60,720 bases of DNA from positions 1 to 60,720 of the forward strand of contig JABDGA010000003.1 in NCBI GenBank assembly GCA_013286285.1, read 5' to 3'. Position numbers and translations under genes: made by a program. Positions 37,928 through 47,312 of the stretch are shown here, piece by piece (the first letter of the stretch is position 1; every line of letters begins with the position of its first letter). The DNA comes from Alphaproteobacteria bacterium (GTDB lineage: Bacteria > Pseudomonadota > Alphaproteobacteria > Rickettsiales > JABCZZ01). Under the pieces are notes generated by a model. That model was not told the DNA's origin, searched no databases, and saw nothing but the letters and a program-made list of their open reading frames with translations.

Positions 37928-38764
37928 ATGGCGCAGCATTCAAAAACATGTGTTATAAATAACAGCGAATTCGATTTTATAAGCCGCCTTGTGAAGCAAC
38001 ACTCGGGACTGGTGATTCCCCGCGATAAAACATACCTGGTGGAAAGCCATCTGTCGCCGCTGGCGGCAACTCACGGTTTTCATACTCTTTCCCAATTCAT
38101 ATGCTCGCTGAAGAAGCATACGGATGAGAAAATGGCCGGCGAAGTGATCGAGGCCGTGACCAATCATGAATCCATGTTCTTTCGTGATAAGAAGCCTTTT
38201 GAGCAGCTGAGGAAAATGATACTGCCCCGTATCCGAAACATGCGTGCGAAAGGGAGCAAAATTCGCATATGGAGTGCGGCCTGCGCCACCGGCCAGGAGC
38301 CTTATTCCCTGGCTATATGCCTGCTGGAGGAAGCCACGTCCATGGCGGGATACGATTATGAAATTATCGCCACCGACATTTCTGCGCAGGCGCTTGCAAA
38401 GGCCAAACGCGGAATTTACACGCAATTTGAGAGCCAAAGAGGAATGCCCAAAGAATTGCTGCACAAATATTTCATCAAACTAGTGGATTCCCGCTGGCAG
38501 GTGAACGCAATGCTGCGCGACGTGATCACGTTCGGCAAACAAAACCTGCTGGAAGAGTTCGTCGTACCGGGAACTTTCGACCTGGTGTTATGCCGCAACG
38601 CTCTGATATATTTCGATGACGCCACCAAACGCGTGCTTCTGGAAAAATTTCGCCTGAGGATGAACCCGGGCAGTATGTTGATGGTGGGCAGTGGGGAGAA
38701 TCTTACAGACATTCCTCATAAATTCGCCGCCATGGAGAATGCACATGGCGTGTATGTTCTATAG
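37928..38764 (+). CDS. cheR: Chemotaxis protein methyltransferase CheR
   Basis: The start is ATG 37928 (MAQHS...). ESMFFRDKKPFE, IWSAACATGQEPYSLA and VLCRNALIYFD are CheR SAM-methyltransferase motifs. Confidence 0.92.
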   Translation: MAQHSKTCVINNSEFDFISRLVKQHSGLVIPRDKTYLVESHLSPLAATHGFHTLSQFICSLKKHTDEKMAGEVIEAVTNHESMFFRDKKPFEQLRKMILPRIRNMRAKGSKIRIWSAACATGQEPYSLAICLLEEATSMAGYDYEIIATDISAQALAKAKRGIYTQFESQRGMPKELLHKYFIKLVDSRWQVNAMLRDVITFGKQNLLEEFVVPGTFDLVLCRNALIYFDDATKRVLLEKFRLRMNPGSMLMVGSGENLTDIPHKFAAMENAHGVYVL

Positions 38765-38791
38765 TCATTCCCGATAATTTTCGTCTTTTTT

Positions 38792-38863
38792 GCGTCATGC
38801 CGTGGCTTGACCACGGCATCTCAGGCCGTAACACGAGATACCGCGCTTAAAGCGCGATATGAC
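38792..38863. repeat. 72-nt double-hairpin palindromic element, copy 2
   Basis: Structure: cgtcat-[gccgtgg cttga ccacggc]-atctcaggc, an 8-nt spacer, then gagata-[ccgcgc ttaaa gcgcg]-atatgacg. It has the same length, termini and architecture as 31314-31385. It lies in the convergent cheR/MCP intergenic region. Confidence 0.85.
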
Positions 38864-38930
38864 GATGTGTATGGAAATTATCAGGAAATGACTATAAAAG
38901 AGATCCGTCCAGCCCGGCTTAACTGGCAAC

Positions 38931-39908
38931 CTATTCAGAATCTTTCGGATGCTTGCGGATAAACTGCTTTACACGCCCGATTAGATCCAACGATTTATGG
39001 GTATTGGCTGAGATGTCCTTGGTGACAATGCTTTGTTCTTCGAGGGCGGCAGCAACACTACTCACATATTCGCTGACCAGATCAGCCGTCTTCACTGCCT
39101 CCCCTACACTGGAAGCGACTTTCGTCGATATATTCTGCATCTCGGCGATTTCCTTGGAAATATTATCCGTCGCCGCCCCGGTCTGGTTAGCCAGGCTTTT
39201 CACTTCCGACGCCACCACCGCAAAGCCTTTTCCGGTTTCCCCAGCGCGCGCGGCTTCTATAGTGGCGTTCAATGCAAGCAGGTTGACCTGTTCGGCAATT
39301 CCCCGGATGAATTCGATAATACCCGCCATTGCCTTGGAAGTCTTGAGTAATTGTTCGCTGGCTTCTTCCGCAAAATCTATCTTGGTGACAATATCGCCCA
39401 CCGCCGTCTTGGACAGGTTCATATTCCTGTTGATCTCATTAATGGAAGCAGACATCGCCTCCGCCGCCGCCGCCACGCTTTTAATGTTATCGGAAGACTC
39501 CTCGATGAGCCCTGTGACCTCGCCATGGGAATTGATAAGTTCGGTTACATCCACGGCAAACATGATAACTTTTAAGTGCCCTTTCTTATCCGTGATCGGG
39601 TTATACGATGCCTGTACCCACACTTCTTTATCGGCCTTACTGATCAACCGGTAGCGTGCGACCTGGTGCTCACCGCGACTTAACTTGTCCCAGAAATTCT
39701 TATATTCCTTACTGCCTGCGTAAGACGCGCCGATGAGTATGCTGTGGTTTTTGCCGATGACCTCATCGCCTGTATACCCCAGCAGCGCCAGAAAATTTGC
39801 GTTGGCGGCAATGACGCTGCCGTCCATCGCGAATTCCGCGACGGCCTGGGATTTATCCACCGCCGCCTGCTTTGCGGCAAGCTCAGAGTCATCACGTCTT
39901 TTCCACAT
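38931..39908 (-). CDS. Soluble PAS-domain methyl-accepting chemotaxis protein
   Basis: The start is ATG 39908 (MWKRRDD). It has an N-terminal PAS domain ([35 protein letters not shown]) and the MCP signalling hairpin core ([35 protein letters not shown]). There is no TM helix. Confidence 0.9.
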   Translation of the reverse strand: MWKRRDDSELAAKQAAVDKSQAVAEFAMDGSVIAANANFLALLGYTGDEVIGKNHSILIGASYAGSKEYKNFWDKLSRGEHQVARYRLISKADKEVWVQASYNPITDKKGHLKVIMFAVDVTELINSHGEVTGLIEESSDNIKSVAAAAEAMSASINEINRNMNLSKTAVGDIVTKIDFAEEASEQLLKTSKAMAGIIEFIRGIAEQVNLLALNATIEAARAGETGKGFAVVASEVKSLANQTGAATDNISKEIAEMQNISTKVASSVGEAVKTADLVSEYVSSVAAALEEQSIVTKDISANTHKSLDLIGRVKQFIRKHPKDSE

Positions 39909-39998
39909 AATAATCCGGTATCCCCGACTGTTTCCCGAAATCTTTAGGCAGTAAAACAATTAGTGCATTATGATAGGAAGATCAATAATTATAGTACC

Positions 39999-40943
39999 CT
40001 ATACATTTCCTGCTTTCTTGGCCTCCACCGCCTGGGCGTCATAGAAATTGTAGCAACTCCCGTTTCGCATTTTTGCCATATACATGGCCCTGTCCGCCTG
40101 CTGCATGAGATTTTCGCGCGTGACAGTCATGCTGTCGAGGTTGGTTGCGATGCCGATGCTGACTCCCACTTCCACGGATTTTTCGCCGATGGAAAACGGC
40201 ATGGAAATCTGATGGATTATTTTTTCCGCTACCGCCACACAATCATTGAGATGTTTGATGTCTTCCAGCAGTAATGCGAATTCATCCCCTCCAAAACGTG
40301 CGGAAGTATCGTAAGGCCGGGTGGATGTTTTAATGCGCACGGCCACCTGCTTCAGGAGCATATCTCCGGCGGCATGGCCCAGCGTGTCGTTGACCTGTTT
40401 GAAACGATCGAGATCCAGGAAAAAGATGGCGATACCCATCGGATTGCGCTTACTTCTTTCGATCATGAAATCCAGACGGTTCTCAAAGAACGTGCGATTG
40501 GCGAGCTCCGTCAACGCGTCATAGTTGGCGCGGGTAAAGAGATTGCCTTCCATCTGTTTGCGCTGCATGGCATAGCGTATGGCACGCTTTATCACCTCGG
40601 CATTGCTGCTGTCTTTGAACAGATAGTCCTGCGCGCCGTGGCCTACGCTGCTGACCGCCGTATCTTCGTCATTATGGGAAGTCAGGATAATAATGGGGAT
40701 ATGGGGCACAAGCGTATGAATCCGGATCAGCCCGTCAAATTCCGAAGTATCCGGCAACGAGAGATCCAGCAAAACAACATCAAATGCGCTGGCCGCAAGG
40801 CTGTTCACCGCTTCTTTAAGCGTTTCTACATGCTGGATATCGTAAAGCCCGGCAGATGCCTTGGTGAGCCAATTCCGGATAAGAATCGCATCCGTCTTCG
40901 TGTCCTCCACCAGCAATACACGTATGGTTTTTTCTTCCGTCAT
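39999..40943 (-). CDS. Response regulator with GGDEF diguanylate cyclase output
   Basis: REC (VLLVEDTKTD...VLLDLSLPD) followed by GGDEF (RFGGDEFALLL). The start at 40943 overlaps the stop of the upstream kinase gene by 1 nt. Confidence 0.9.
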   Translation of the reverse strand: MTEEKTIRVLLVEDTKTDAILIRNWLTKASAGLYDIQHVETLKEAVNSLAASAFDVVLLDLSLPDTSEFDGLIRIHTLVPHIPIIILTSHNDEDTAVSSVGHGAQDYLFKDSSNAEVIKRAIRYAMQRKQMEGNLFTRANYDALTELANRTFFENRLDFMIERSKRNPMGIAIFFLDLDRFKQVNDTLGHAAGDMLLKQVAVRIKTSTRPYDTSARFGGDEFALLLEDIKHLNDCVAVAEKIIHQISMPFSIGEKSVEVGVSIGIATNLDSMTVTRENLMQQADRAMYMAKMRNGSCYNFYDAQAVEAKKAGNV

Positions 40944-41671
40944 TACCCTTCCCTGCAAGCTATCGTGAATGTAAACACAGCGCCCTGCCCCGCTTCAGAT
41001 TCAACCCATATCTTTCCGCCATGCATTTCCACTATTTTCTTCACTATCGCCAGCCCCATGCCGATTCCGGGGTAGACATCATCCGTATATAGCTTGCGGA
41101 AAGGCTGGAATATCCGTTCCTGAAATTCCTTTTCCACACCGATGCCGTTATCCTGCATGGAAAACGCCCATGCATTATCGTTGCGTTGTGCGGATATTAC
41201 GATATCGGGTGTTTTATCTGCTTCAGTGAACTTCAGGGCATTATCCAGCAGGGCGGAAAACACTCGTGCATAGTGCTGGGGGACGGCATGTATCCTGGGC
41301 AGTTCACCCGTGATCGTTATCTTGGCACCCCGCGATGCAATCACCGTATCCAGCGCCTGGGCAGCCTGTTTTACAAGCCCCCCACTGTCCGTGTCCGAAC
41401 GCGCTTCGGTTGACAGGGAAAGACGCGAATATTCCAAGACGCCATCGAGCATATTCTGCAGCTTTGCACCGCTTTCCTGCACCAGCGCCAGATACAACCT
41501 GCCTTCGTCATCCATTTTCGCGCCCTGCTCATCCTGCAGCAGTTTGGAGAATTCCGTTATGGAGCGTAACGGCGCGCGGAAATCGTGGGAGACAATATGC
41601 GTGAATTCCTTGAATTCGCGCGCGAGGGCTTCGGCGTCAGACGGGAAAATATGCGTATCCGCAACGCTCAT
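40943..41671 (-). CDS. Cytoplasmic histidine kinase (HisKA + HATPase only, no sensor domain)
   Basis: 242 aa. H-box FTHIVSHDFRAPLRSI; N/G boxes (LLDNALKF, DNGIGV, GIGMGLAIVKKIVEMHGG). Confidence 0.9.
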   Translation of the reverse strand: MSVADTHIFPSDAEALAREFKEFTHIVSHDFRAPLRSITEFSKLLQDEQGAKMDDEGRLYLALVQESGAKLQNMLDGVLEYSRLSLSTEARSDTDSGGLVKQAAQALDTVIASRGAKITITGELPRIHAVPQHYARVFSALLDNALKFTEADKTPDIVISAQRNDNAWAFSMQDNGIGVEKEFQERIFQPFRKLYTDDVYPGIGMGLAIVKKIVEMHGGKIWVESEAGQGAVFTFTIACREG

Positions 41672-42150
41672 GCCTCGCCCTGCTGCACGCTTTCGGGCAA
41701 TATGGCAGAGCTGAACCAGAACTCCTCCAGGGTTTTTACAATATCAACGAACTTATCCAGCGTGACCGGCTTCACCAGATAGCTATTGGCATGCAAGTTG
41801 TAGCTTTTCACCACATCCAGTTCGGCACTCGAACTGGTCAGCACTATCACTGGAATTTTCTTAAGCCGCTCGTCCGATTTTATTTCTTTCAGCACTTCCT
41901 GACCGTTTTTCTTCGGAAGATTTAGATCCAGCAGTATGATATCGGGCATGGGTGCGTTGCCCCTGTCATCACGGCGCAGGAACTGGATAGCCTTGTCGCC
42001 GTCTTCCGCAACGGTGATATTATTGGGAAGCTTTGCCTTCTTGAAAGCTTTTTTGGTCAGGATGACGTCGCCGACATTGTCTTCCACCAACAATATCTCA
42101 ACGGGCCTGCCTTTATGGGATATGGTGTCTGAATTTGCGCTGTTTTCCAT
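41668..42150 (-). CDS. Single-domain response regulator (Rcp1-like)
   Basis: ILLVEDNVGDVILTKKAF...ILLDLNLPKKNG...VVLTSS.. is a receiver-only protein. It has an ATGA overlap with the downstream kinase gene. Confidence 0.9.
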   Translation of the reverse strand: MENSANSDTISHKGRPVEILLVEDNVGDVILTKKAFKKAKLPNNITVAEDGDKAIQFLRRDDRGNAPMPDIILLDLNLPKKNGQEVLKEIKSDERLKKIPVIVLTSSSAELDVVKSYNLHANSYLVKPVTLDKFVDIVKTLEEFWFSSAILPESVQQGEA

Positions 42151-42196
42151 ATTATTTATTCCGAGTTATGCGTTTAAGGAGTTGGTAAATCTAACC

Positions 42197-42248
42197 GTCA
42201 TGCCAGAAACCCGTTTTTCCAAAAACCGCAGTTTTTTGCTGGCATGAC
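42197..42248. repeat. 10-bp inverted repeat with a 32-nt loop, sharing termini with the 72-nt element
   Basis: gtcatgccag (42197-42206) pairs with ctggcatgac (42239-42248). The termini (c)gtcatgcc...ggcatgac match those of 31314-31385 and 38792-38863. It lies between the two single-domain regulator genes. Confidence 0.6.
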
Positions 42249-42281
42249 AATCCCTATATTTCATATATACTATATCTAACG

Positions 42282-42713
42282 TCATTTATTCCTGCGGATT
42301 TTGAGCAGATCCTCAATAATATGCTGTCTTTCAAGATTGATGGGCTTCGTAATGTAGCTGACTGCATGCAGATCATAACTTGCAACGACATGGTTCTGTT
42401 CCACCGAGCCGGTCAGCACTATCACCGGAATGTCCTGAAGGTTCTCATCGCTTTTTATTTTTTTCAGCAGTTCAATTCCTTCCATTTTCGGAAGGTTCAG
42501 ATCCAAAAGTATGAGAGAAAGGCTATTGGAGAAACTATAGTTGCTTTTCTGCAGCATGTCCCATGCATGCTCGCCGCTGCGCGCGATCGTGATATTATAG
42601 GGTATCTCCAGCGCCTTGAAGGCATTCTGGGTAAGCAGCACATCCTGAGGATTATCTTCTATTAACAATATCTCAGCAACTTTCTTCCTGAGTGTATTCT
42701 GCATAGCTGTCAT
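42282..42713 (-). CDS. Single-domain response regulator (Rcp1-like)
   Basis: ILLIEDNPQDVLLTQNAF...ILLDLNLPKMEG...VVLTGS is a receiver-only protein, 10 nt downstream of the large kinase gene. Confidence 0.9.
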   Translation of the reverse strand: MTAMQNTLRKKVAEILLIEDNPQDVLLTQNAFKALEIPYNITIARSGEHAWDMLQKSNYSFSNSLSLILLDLNLPKMEGIELLKKIKSDENLQDIPVIVLTGSVEQNHVVASYDLHAVSYITKPINLERQHIIEDLLKIRRNK

Positions 42714-42723
42714 ACTTCCTCCT

Positions 42724-45714
42724 TTATGATTTAAGTATCGTGAAGTAGAAAACGCTTCCCTTGCCCGGCTCTGACTCCACCCATATTTTGCCGCCGTGAT
42801 TTTCCACTATTTTTTTGCAGACGGCAAGTCCTATGCCGGTCCCCTTGTATTGCTGCCAGGTATGCAGCCTGACGAACGGCTCGAATATCTTTGCGGCATG
42901 CGCCTGCTCCATGCCGATGCCGTTATCCTTTACCGAGAATTTCCAGAAGGCTCCTTCTTCCTCTGCCGCGACATGCACCTGCGGAACCGTATCCTCGGCC
43001 TGGTATTTCAATCCATTGCTGATCAAGTTTTGCAACAGGCTAGTGAATTGCACGGGAATGCCCTTTATCACCGGCAACGTATCATACGTCACCTGCGCTT
43101 TTCTATCCTCTATCGCCTTGGAAAGGTTAACGAGTACATGCTTTATCTCTTTCTTGACATCAATATCCGCTATACGCACCGCGCCTTTTCCGATACGCGC
43201 GTATTCCAGCAGATCCGCCACCATATTCTGCATGCGCAGGGCAGATTCGGTGATAAGTTTCAGGTATTCCTGCCCTTCATTATCGATTTTATCCGCGTAT
43301 TCATCCACAATGACGCTGCTGAAATTCGCTATCATCCGTAGCGGCTCCTGCATATCATGCGAGGCAACATAAGCGAACCTTTCCAGCTCCGTATTGGATT
43401 CGTTGAGCTTGGCAATCAGTTTCCGCTGTGCTTCCTCTGCCGACTTACGGGCGGTTATATCCAGTACAATGCCCAGGAACCCCACGATGTCGCCGGAGTT
43501 ATTATGCATCGCAGTCATAAACAGCATGCCGGGAAACCGTGTACCGTCTTTGCGTATGAATGTCCATTCTTCTTCATAGGTCATACCCATGGAAGGTTTC
43601 TTGACAAAGGTTTCAAACCCCGCCTCCACAGCCATTCCCAACTCAGCGCTCAGCGCCTCCGCACGCGCCGTCACCTCCTCCGGATCATGCCAGAGGGCGG
43701 GTGTCTCCCCGCCCACGACTTCCAGTGCGCTGTAGCCCAGTGCATCCTGTGCTGCCGTGTTGAAAGACACCACCGTGCCCTGCGTATCGGTTGCAATAAT
43801 CATGCATGCCGAATTGGACAGGATGGCGTTATTAAGGCGGTAGAGATCTTCCAGTGCAATTTCCGCCTGTTTGCGATCGGTGATATCATGCGTTATCTTG
43901 GCAAACCCGATATGCCTGCCTTCATCATCATACAATGCATCCAGCTCGACGATGGCCCAGAACAGCTTACCATTCTTGCGGACCCGCCATCCCTCCTCCA
44001 TGAGCTTGCCGCAGCAAAGCGCTGTTTTTATGGCATTCTGAGGCTTGCCTGCATGCTGGTCTTCCGCGGTATAGAAAATGGAAATATGCTTGCCGATAAT
44101 TTCACCTGCCGCATATCCTTCAATACGCTCGGCGCTGCGGTTCCAGCTTTCCACCTTTCCCGCCACATCCAGCCAGTAGATCGCGTAATCCCTGACGCCG
44201 TCAATCAGCTTTTCATTCCGCATCTCTGTCAGGCGCAGGATTTTATTGTTCAATTTCCATTTAAGCGCAAAGTAAAGACACAGACTGCTTAACAAGGAGG
44301 TCAGGACGCCTGCGATAAGGACGGTAAGCGGAATCAGGGAGTTTTTCGTGGCCAACAATTTCGCGGTGGGAGTAAGCGTCAGCCTCCATTTTCTATCATT
44401 GCTTTTGAGCTCTGCGTTTTTCATCCAGCGTGTTTCAACAGCGGTTTGCGCCGGAACGTTAGAGAGCACCATATCGTTGCCGTCATATATGCTGACATAA
44501 AAATTGCCTTTTCTCCTTTCCATCAAGGGAGCAAAAAAGTTCTCCATCCGTATCACGGCCACGATGATGCCATCGAACGGCTTGCCAGCCTTCGCCTGCA
44601 GGTAAATGGGGTGGTAGTAAATAATTCCCTTGCCCCCCTGTATCAGATCAATGGCATCCGCAATGGCGGGCTGATGCGTATCCAATGCTTTATCGATTGC
44701 CGCTTTACGCCTGGCTTCCACGTTAAGCGTGCGGCCAATCAGCTTTTCATTCCCTTGCAGCGGCTCAACCCTCTGCAGCTTCAGATCCTTATCCAGCCAC
44801 TCAATCGCAACAATGAATTTATAATCCCTTACATACGTCCTGACATCACTCGACCATAGCTCCAGAGGCGTGCCGCCGGCAATTTCCCAGCGGTTGCTGA
44901 TACGCCCAATCGCATTATATAATTCCGCAAGCTGAGCTTCTGTTACCGAACTCAGACGTTCGGTTTCCGACTGCATCATTGCATCGAATTTCTCGTCTTC
45001 ACGACGGTAGACGGAAGCAGACAGCGCGATGGATATCGTGAGCAGGCATACGCATACGGGCACCGGAAGCCATAAGTGGGCCCCTTTGACGTTTTCCCAA
45101 GTATAGCCGATAATGCAGATGCCGAGCAGGATAAAGCAAAACGCGCTATGCATGGCCATTTCGGTGGCATTTCCCCAGATATATCCGAAAGGTATGCCGA
45201 AGATGTATTCAATCATCGGTATGGCTCCCATGGCAACGACGATGCTGCTGGCAAGCGCTATGATCATCGAAAAATATTGCTTTGTCTTTGCATAGGAGCT
45301 GAGAATAAGCGTAAATCCGATTAATATAAGGCCGGTAGCGGCTGCAGGAACCATTCTGCCGGGATAGGCATATATCGCGTTCGTCTCCGTAAACGGCGTG
45401 ACAAATAACGTGTCTATTCTCAGATTTACGCCGGTTATATATTCCAGTATGGTCAGGCTGCCGATGACGGCAACCACACAGGCTGCAAGGCGTGCAGACC
45501 GGTTGAATTTCAGGCAGAGTCCGATGAGCGCGGTCGGGCTCAGCACAAAACATAAGGCCGTGTTGAACTTCATGGTTCTGAAGGACGGCGTTATTTGTAC
45601 CCATTCCAGATTATGCAGGACCCATCCGGCCATCACCTGCAGCCCAAGGAAGGCCACGAACATCAGGCTGGAGAAGAAAGCTATATATGCTATCAAGTAC
45701 CGTTTCATACGCAC
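42724..45714 (-). CDS. Large membrane sensor histidine kinase (multi-TM N-terminal domain, extracytoplasmic sensor domain, three PAS domains, HisKA, HATPase)
   Basis: 996 aa. About 7 N-terminal TM helices, then a roughly 200-aa loop domain bounded by another TM. PAS-like repeats are present (e.g. AGEIIGKHISIFY, ALGYSALEVVG). The H-box is FAYVASHDMQEPLRMI, and the ATPase boxes are NGLKY, DNGIGM and GTGIGLAVCKKIVENHGG. Confidence 0.9.
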   Translation of the reverse strand: MRMKRYLIAYIAFFSSLMFVAFLGLQVMAGWVLHNLEWVQITPSFRTMKFNTALCFVLSPTALIGLCLKFNRSARLAACVVAVIGSLTILEYITGVNLRIDTLFVTPFTETNAIYAYPGRMVPAAATGLILIGFTLILSSYAKTKQYFSMIIALASSIVVAMGAIPMIEYIFGIPFGYIWGNATEMAMHSAFCFILLGICIIGYTWENVKGAHLWLPVPVCVCLLTISIALSASVYRREDEKFDAMMQSETERLSSVTEAQLAELYNAIGRISNRWEIAGGTPLELWSSDVRTYVRDYKFIVAIEWLDKDLKLQRVEPLQGNEKLIGRTLNVEARRKAAIDKALDTHQPAIADAIDLIQGGKGIIYYHPIYLQAKAGKPFDGIIVAVIRMENFFAPLMERRKGNFYVSIYDGNDMVLSNVPAQTAVETRWMKNAELKSNDRKWRLTLTPTAKLLATKNSLIPLTVLIAGVLTSLLSSLCLYFALKWKLNNKILRLTEMRNEKLIDGVRDYAIYWLDVAGKVESWNRSAERIEGYAAGEIIGKHISIFYTAEDQHAGKPQNAIKTALCCGKLMEEGWRVRKNGKLFWAIVELDALYDDEGRHIGFAKITHDITDRKQAEIALEDLYRLNNAILSNSACMIIATDTQGTVVSFNTAAQDALGYSALEVVGGETPALWHDPEEVTARAEALSAELGMAVEAGFETFVKKPSMGMTYEEEWTFIRKDGTRFPGMLFMTAMHNNSGDIVGFLGIVLDITARKSAEEAQRKLIAKLNESNTELERFAYVASHDMQEPLRMIANFSSVIVDEYADKIDNEGQEYLKLITESALRMQNMVADLLEYARIGKGAVRIADIDVKKEIKHVLVNLSKAIEDRKAQVTYDTLPVIKGIPVQFTSLLQNLISNGLKYQAEDTVPQVHVAAEEEGAFWKFSVKDNGIGMEQAHAAKIFEPFVRLHTWQQYKGTGIGLAVCKKIVENHGGKIWVESEPGKGSVFYFTILKS

Positions 45715-46013
45715 CGGCTTTACCTGCAGGGTGAAGTATCGCTTTGTGAATACAATACATTATCCTGGGTTTATAAATGGTTAATATGAAGTGTTCATTA
45801 CTCCCAAAATAGTCTTTTCTATGCATATACATTAGGCAACGTGCTAAATTTAACATACCGAAAATGCAGAAGGAATATGCCCTATATTGGGATTAGCCAT
45901 TGTCGGGCAAAAACAGCGACAGGCATCCAAGATTATCCTTAAGCAGAACAACTTACTAATATATAATAATAAATTAACCGCGCCCTATACCAGCGATGCG
46001 TGCATACCAAAGG

Positions 46014-46087
46014 TGGCTGGGGGACTAGGGCTCGAACCTAGATTAACGGAGTCAGAGTCCGCTTTCCTACCATTAGAAGATCCCCCA
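46014..46087 (-). tRNA. tRNA-Gln (anticodon CUG)
   Basis: Hand-folded cloverleaf: acceptor TGGGGGA/TCCCCCA (U1-A72, discriminator G, encoded CCA), D arm TTCT/GGAA, anticodon arm GCGGA-CTCTGAC-TCCGT, T arm CTAGG-TTCGAGC-CCTAG. 74 nt. Confidence 0.93.
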
Positions 46088-46223
46088 GAGGTAAAAACCC
46101 CACAGGATAGCCCTTTGGCGAACGTCTGGACACTTATCGAATAAGCCCTAAAAGCGCAAGATAAAACTTATTTGCTTGTATTTATAATGCGCTTTGCTAT
46201 TTTTGCCAGCCGCATCAGCATAA

Positions 46224-46300
46224 GCACTCGTAGCTCAACTGGATAGAGCATCAGACTACGAATCTGGAGGTTGGGAGTTCAAGTCTCTCCGAGTGCGCCA
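46224..46300 (+). tRNA. tRNA-Arg (anticodon ACG)
   Basis: Cloverleaf: acceptor GCACTCG/CGAGTGC, D arm GCTC-AACTGGATA-GAGC, anticodon arm TCAGA-CTACGAA-TCTGG, T arm GGGAG-TTCAAGT-CTCTC, discriminator G, encoded CCA. 77 nt. Confidence 0.96.
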
Positions 46301-46579
46301 CATTTTTCGATATATTACATTATACTGGTTCAACTGATTTGTCTAAGTATCTTATAAATCAGACCAGCGGAGATTTTTACCAGCATGCGCCTAAGAGGCT
46401 CAGGCCGTGAAACAGCTAGAACTGCAATAAAACCTTAACAATTCATTACCTTAATGAAGAAATAAATAAAGGCAAAATAGTGTCCGGTTAATGTTCCTAT
46501 AGATAGTTCTTTGTAGGACAGACTGCAGAAATTTCTGTTGTCTGGTATGGAATATTCATCTCAAAGAAAGGACAATGAG

Positions 46580-46678
46580 ATGAAATCAGGAGTAGTATTA
46601 TGGGTAGGATTACTCATTGTAGCCGTTGGTCTATTGCCTAAAATTTTTGGCCGCACCCGCTGTGGGGCAACTCACTGA
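46580..46678 (+). CDS. Possible 32-aa hydrophobic peptide (below the ORF-track cutoff)
   Basis: ATG 46580 is preceded by aaaggacaatgag (AGGA about 8 nt upstream). The peptide is MKSGVVLWVGLLIVAVGLLPKIFGRTRCGATH, one TM helix plus a basic tail. There is no other support. Confidence 0.25.
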   Translation: MKSGVVLWVGLLIVAVGLLPKIFGRTRCGATH

Positions 46679-47105
46679 GTGCCTAGCCAAGGAGGATGGA
46701 AGGTATGTGGACACTGCGCTCGCACGAATTTTCCACATCCAGGTACACGTCACCGCTGCAACAATTGCGGCGGTGCTTTCGAGCGAATGCCCGAACTCGA
46801 TTTTCCCGGTCAGCCTGACCAGTGGCAGGATGACCAACAAAGCTAACCTTACAAAGGTTGTACACAAGATCTGGCCTCCCACAACGGAGGACAGTCTTGT
46901 GTGCCCGCACTTTACGGGTAACTTTCCTCCTTTTTTGCTCTTCCCAAATACTGCATATTCAATAACAATGTATAACTCATCAACTCTTCTGAAAATATCC
47001 TCCCCTTCTATCCCGCTGGAGATTTAAAAACAGACGCATTTTTATACCATTGTGGAAACACTCTATAGAGTGTAGAGTGCTTTCTATTCTAGATAGAAGA
47101 ACCCT

Positions 47106-47312
47106 ATGGAAAAATGTATAGACTGCTCTGTTTGTGGCGGGAGTGGCCGTGACGTGAGTAATAGCGGGCCTTGTTTATCTTGTGAAGGATGCGGCAAAGT
47201 CCCCAATCCGGAGTATTCTCCCAAAGCAAGCCAGGCGGAATGCTGTACTCAAAATTATATCGTCCAAAATCATCTAAAAGATGTAAAGAAAAAGCCCCCT
47301 TCAGATAAATAG
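47106..47312 (+). CDS. Possible small zinc-finger protein (two CxxCxGxG motifs)
   Basis: 68 aa. CSVCGGSG and CLSCEGCG resemble the DnaJ-type CxxCxGxG zinc-binding repeat. The SD is weak and the surrounding region is AT-rich and gene-poor. Confidence 0.3.
   Translation: MEKCIDCSVCGGSGRDVSNSGPCLSCEGCGKVPNPEYSPKASQAECCTQNYIVQNHLKDVKKKPPSDK

Noticed and set aside
37285-37929. 214-aa minus-strand ORF
   Set aside because: It is antisense to the cheZ-like gene, which carries the diagnostic FQDLTGQ motif. This is a shadow ORF.
40374-41075. 233-aa plus-strand ORF
   Set aside because: It is antisense across the REC-GGDEF / kinase gene junction. Both minus-strand genes have clear motifs.
43357-44292. 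311-aa plus-strand ORF
   Set aside because: It is antisense to the PAS region of the 996-aa kinase gene and has shadow-ORF composition.
46626-47027. 133-aa plus-strand ORF and overlapping minus-strand ORFs 46631..46882 and 46683..46910
   Set aside because: These are mutually overlapping ORFs in an AT-rich region with no SD and no family resemblance. I consider them most likely non-coding.
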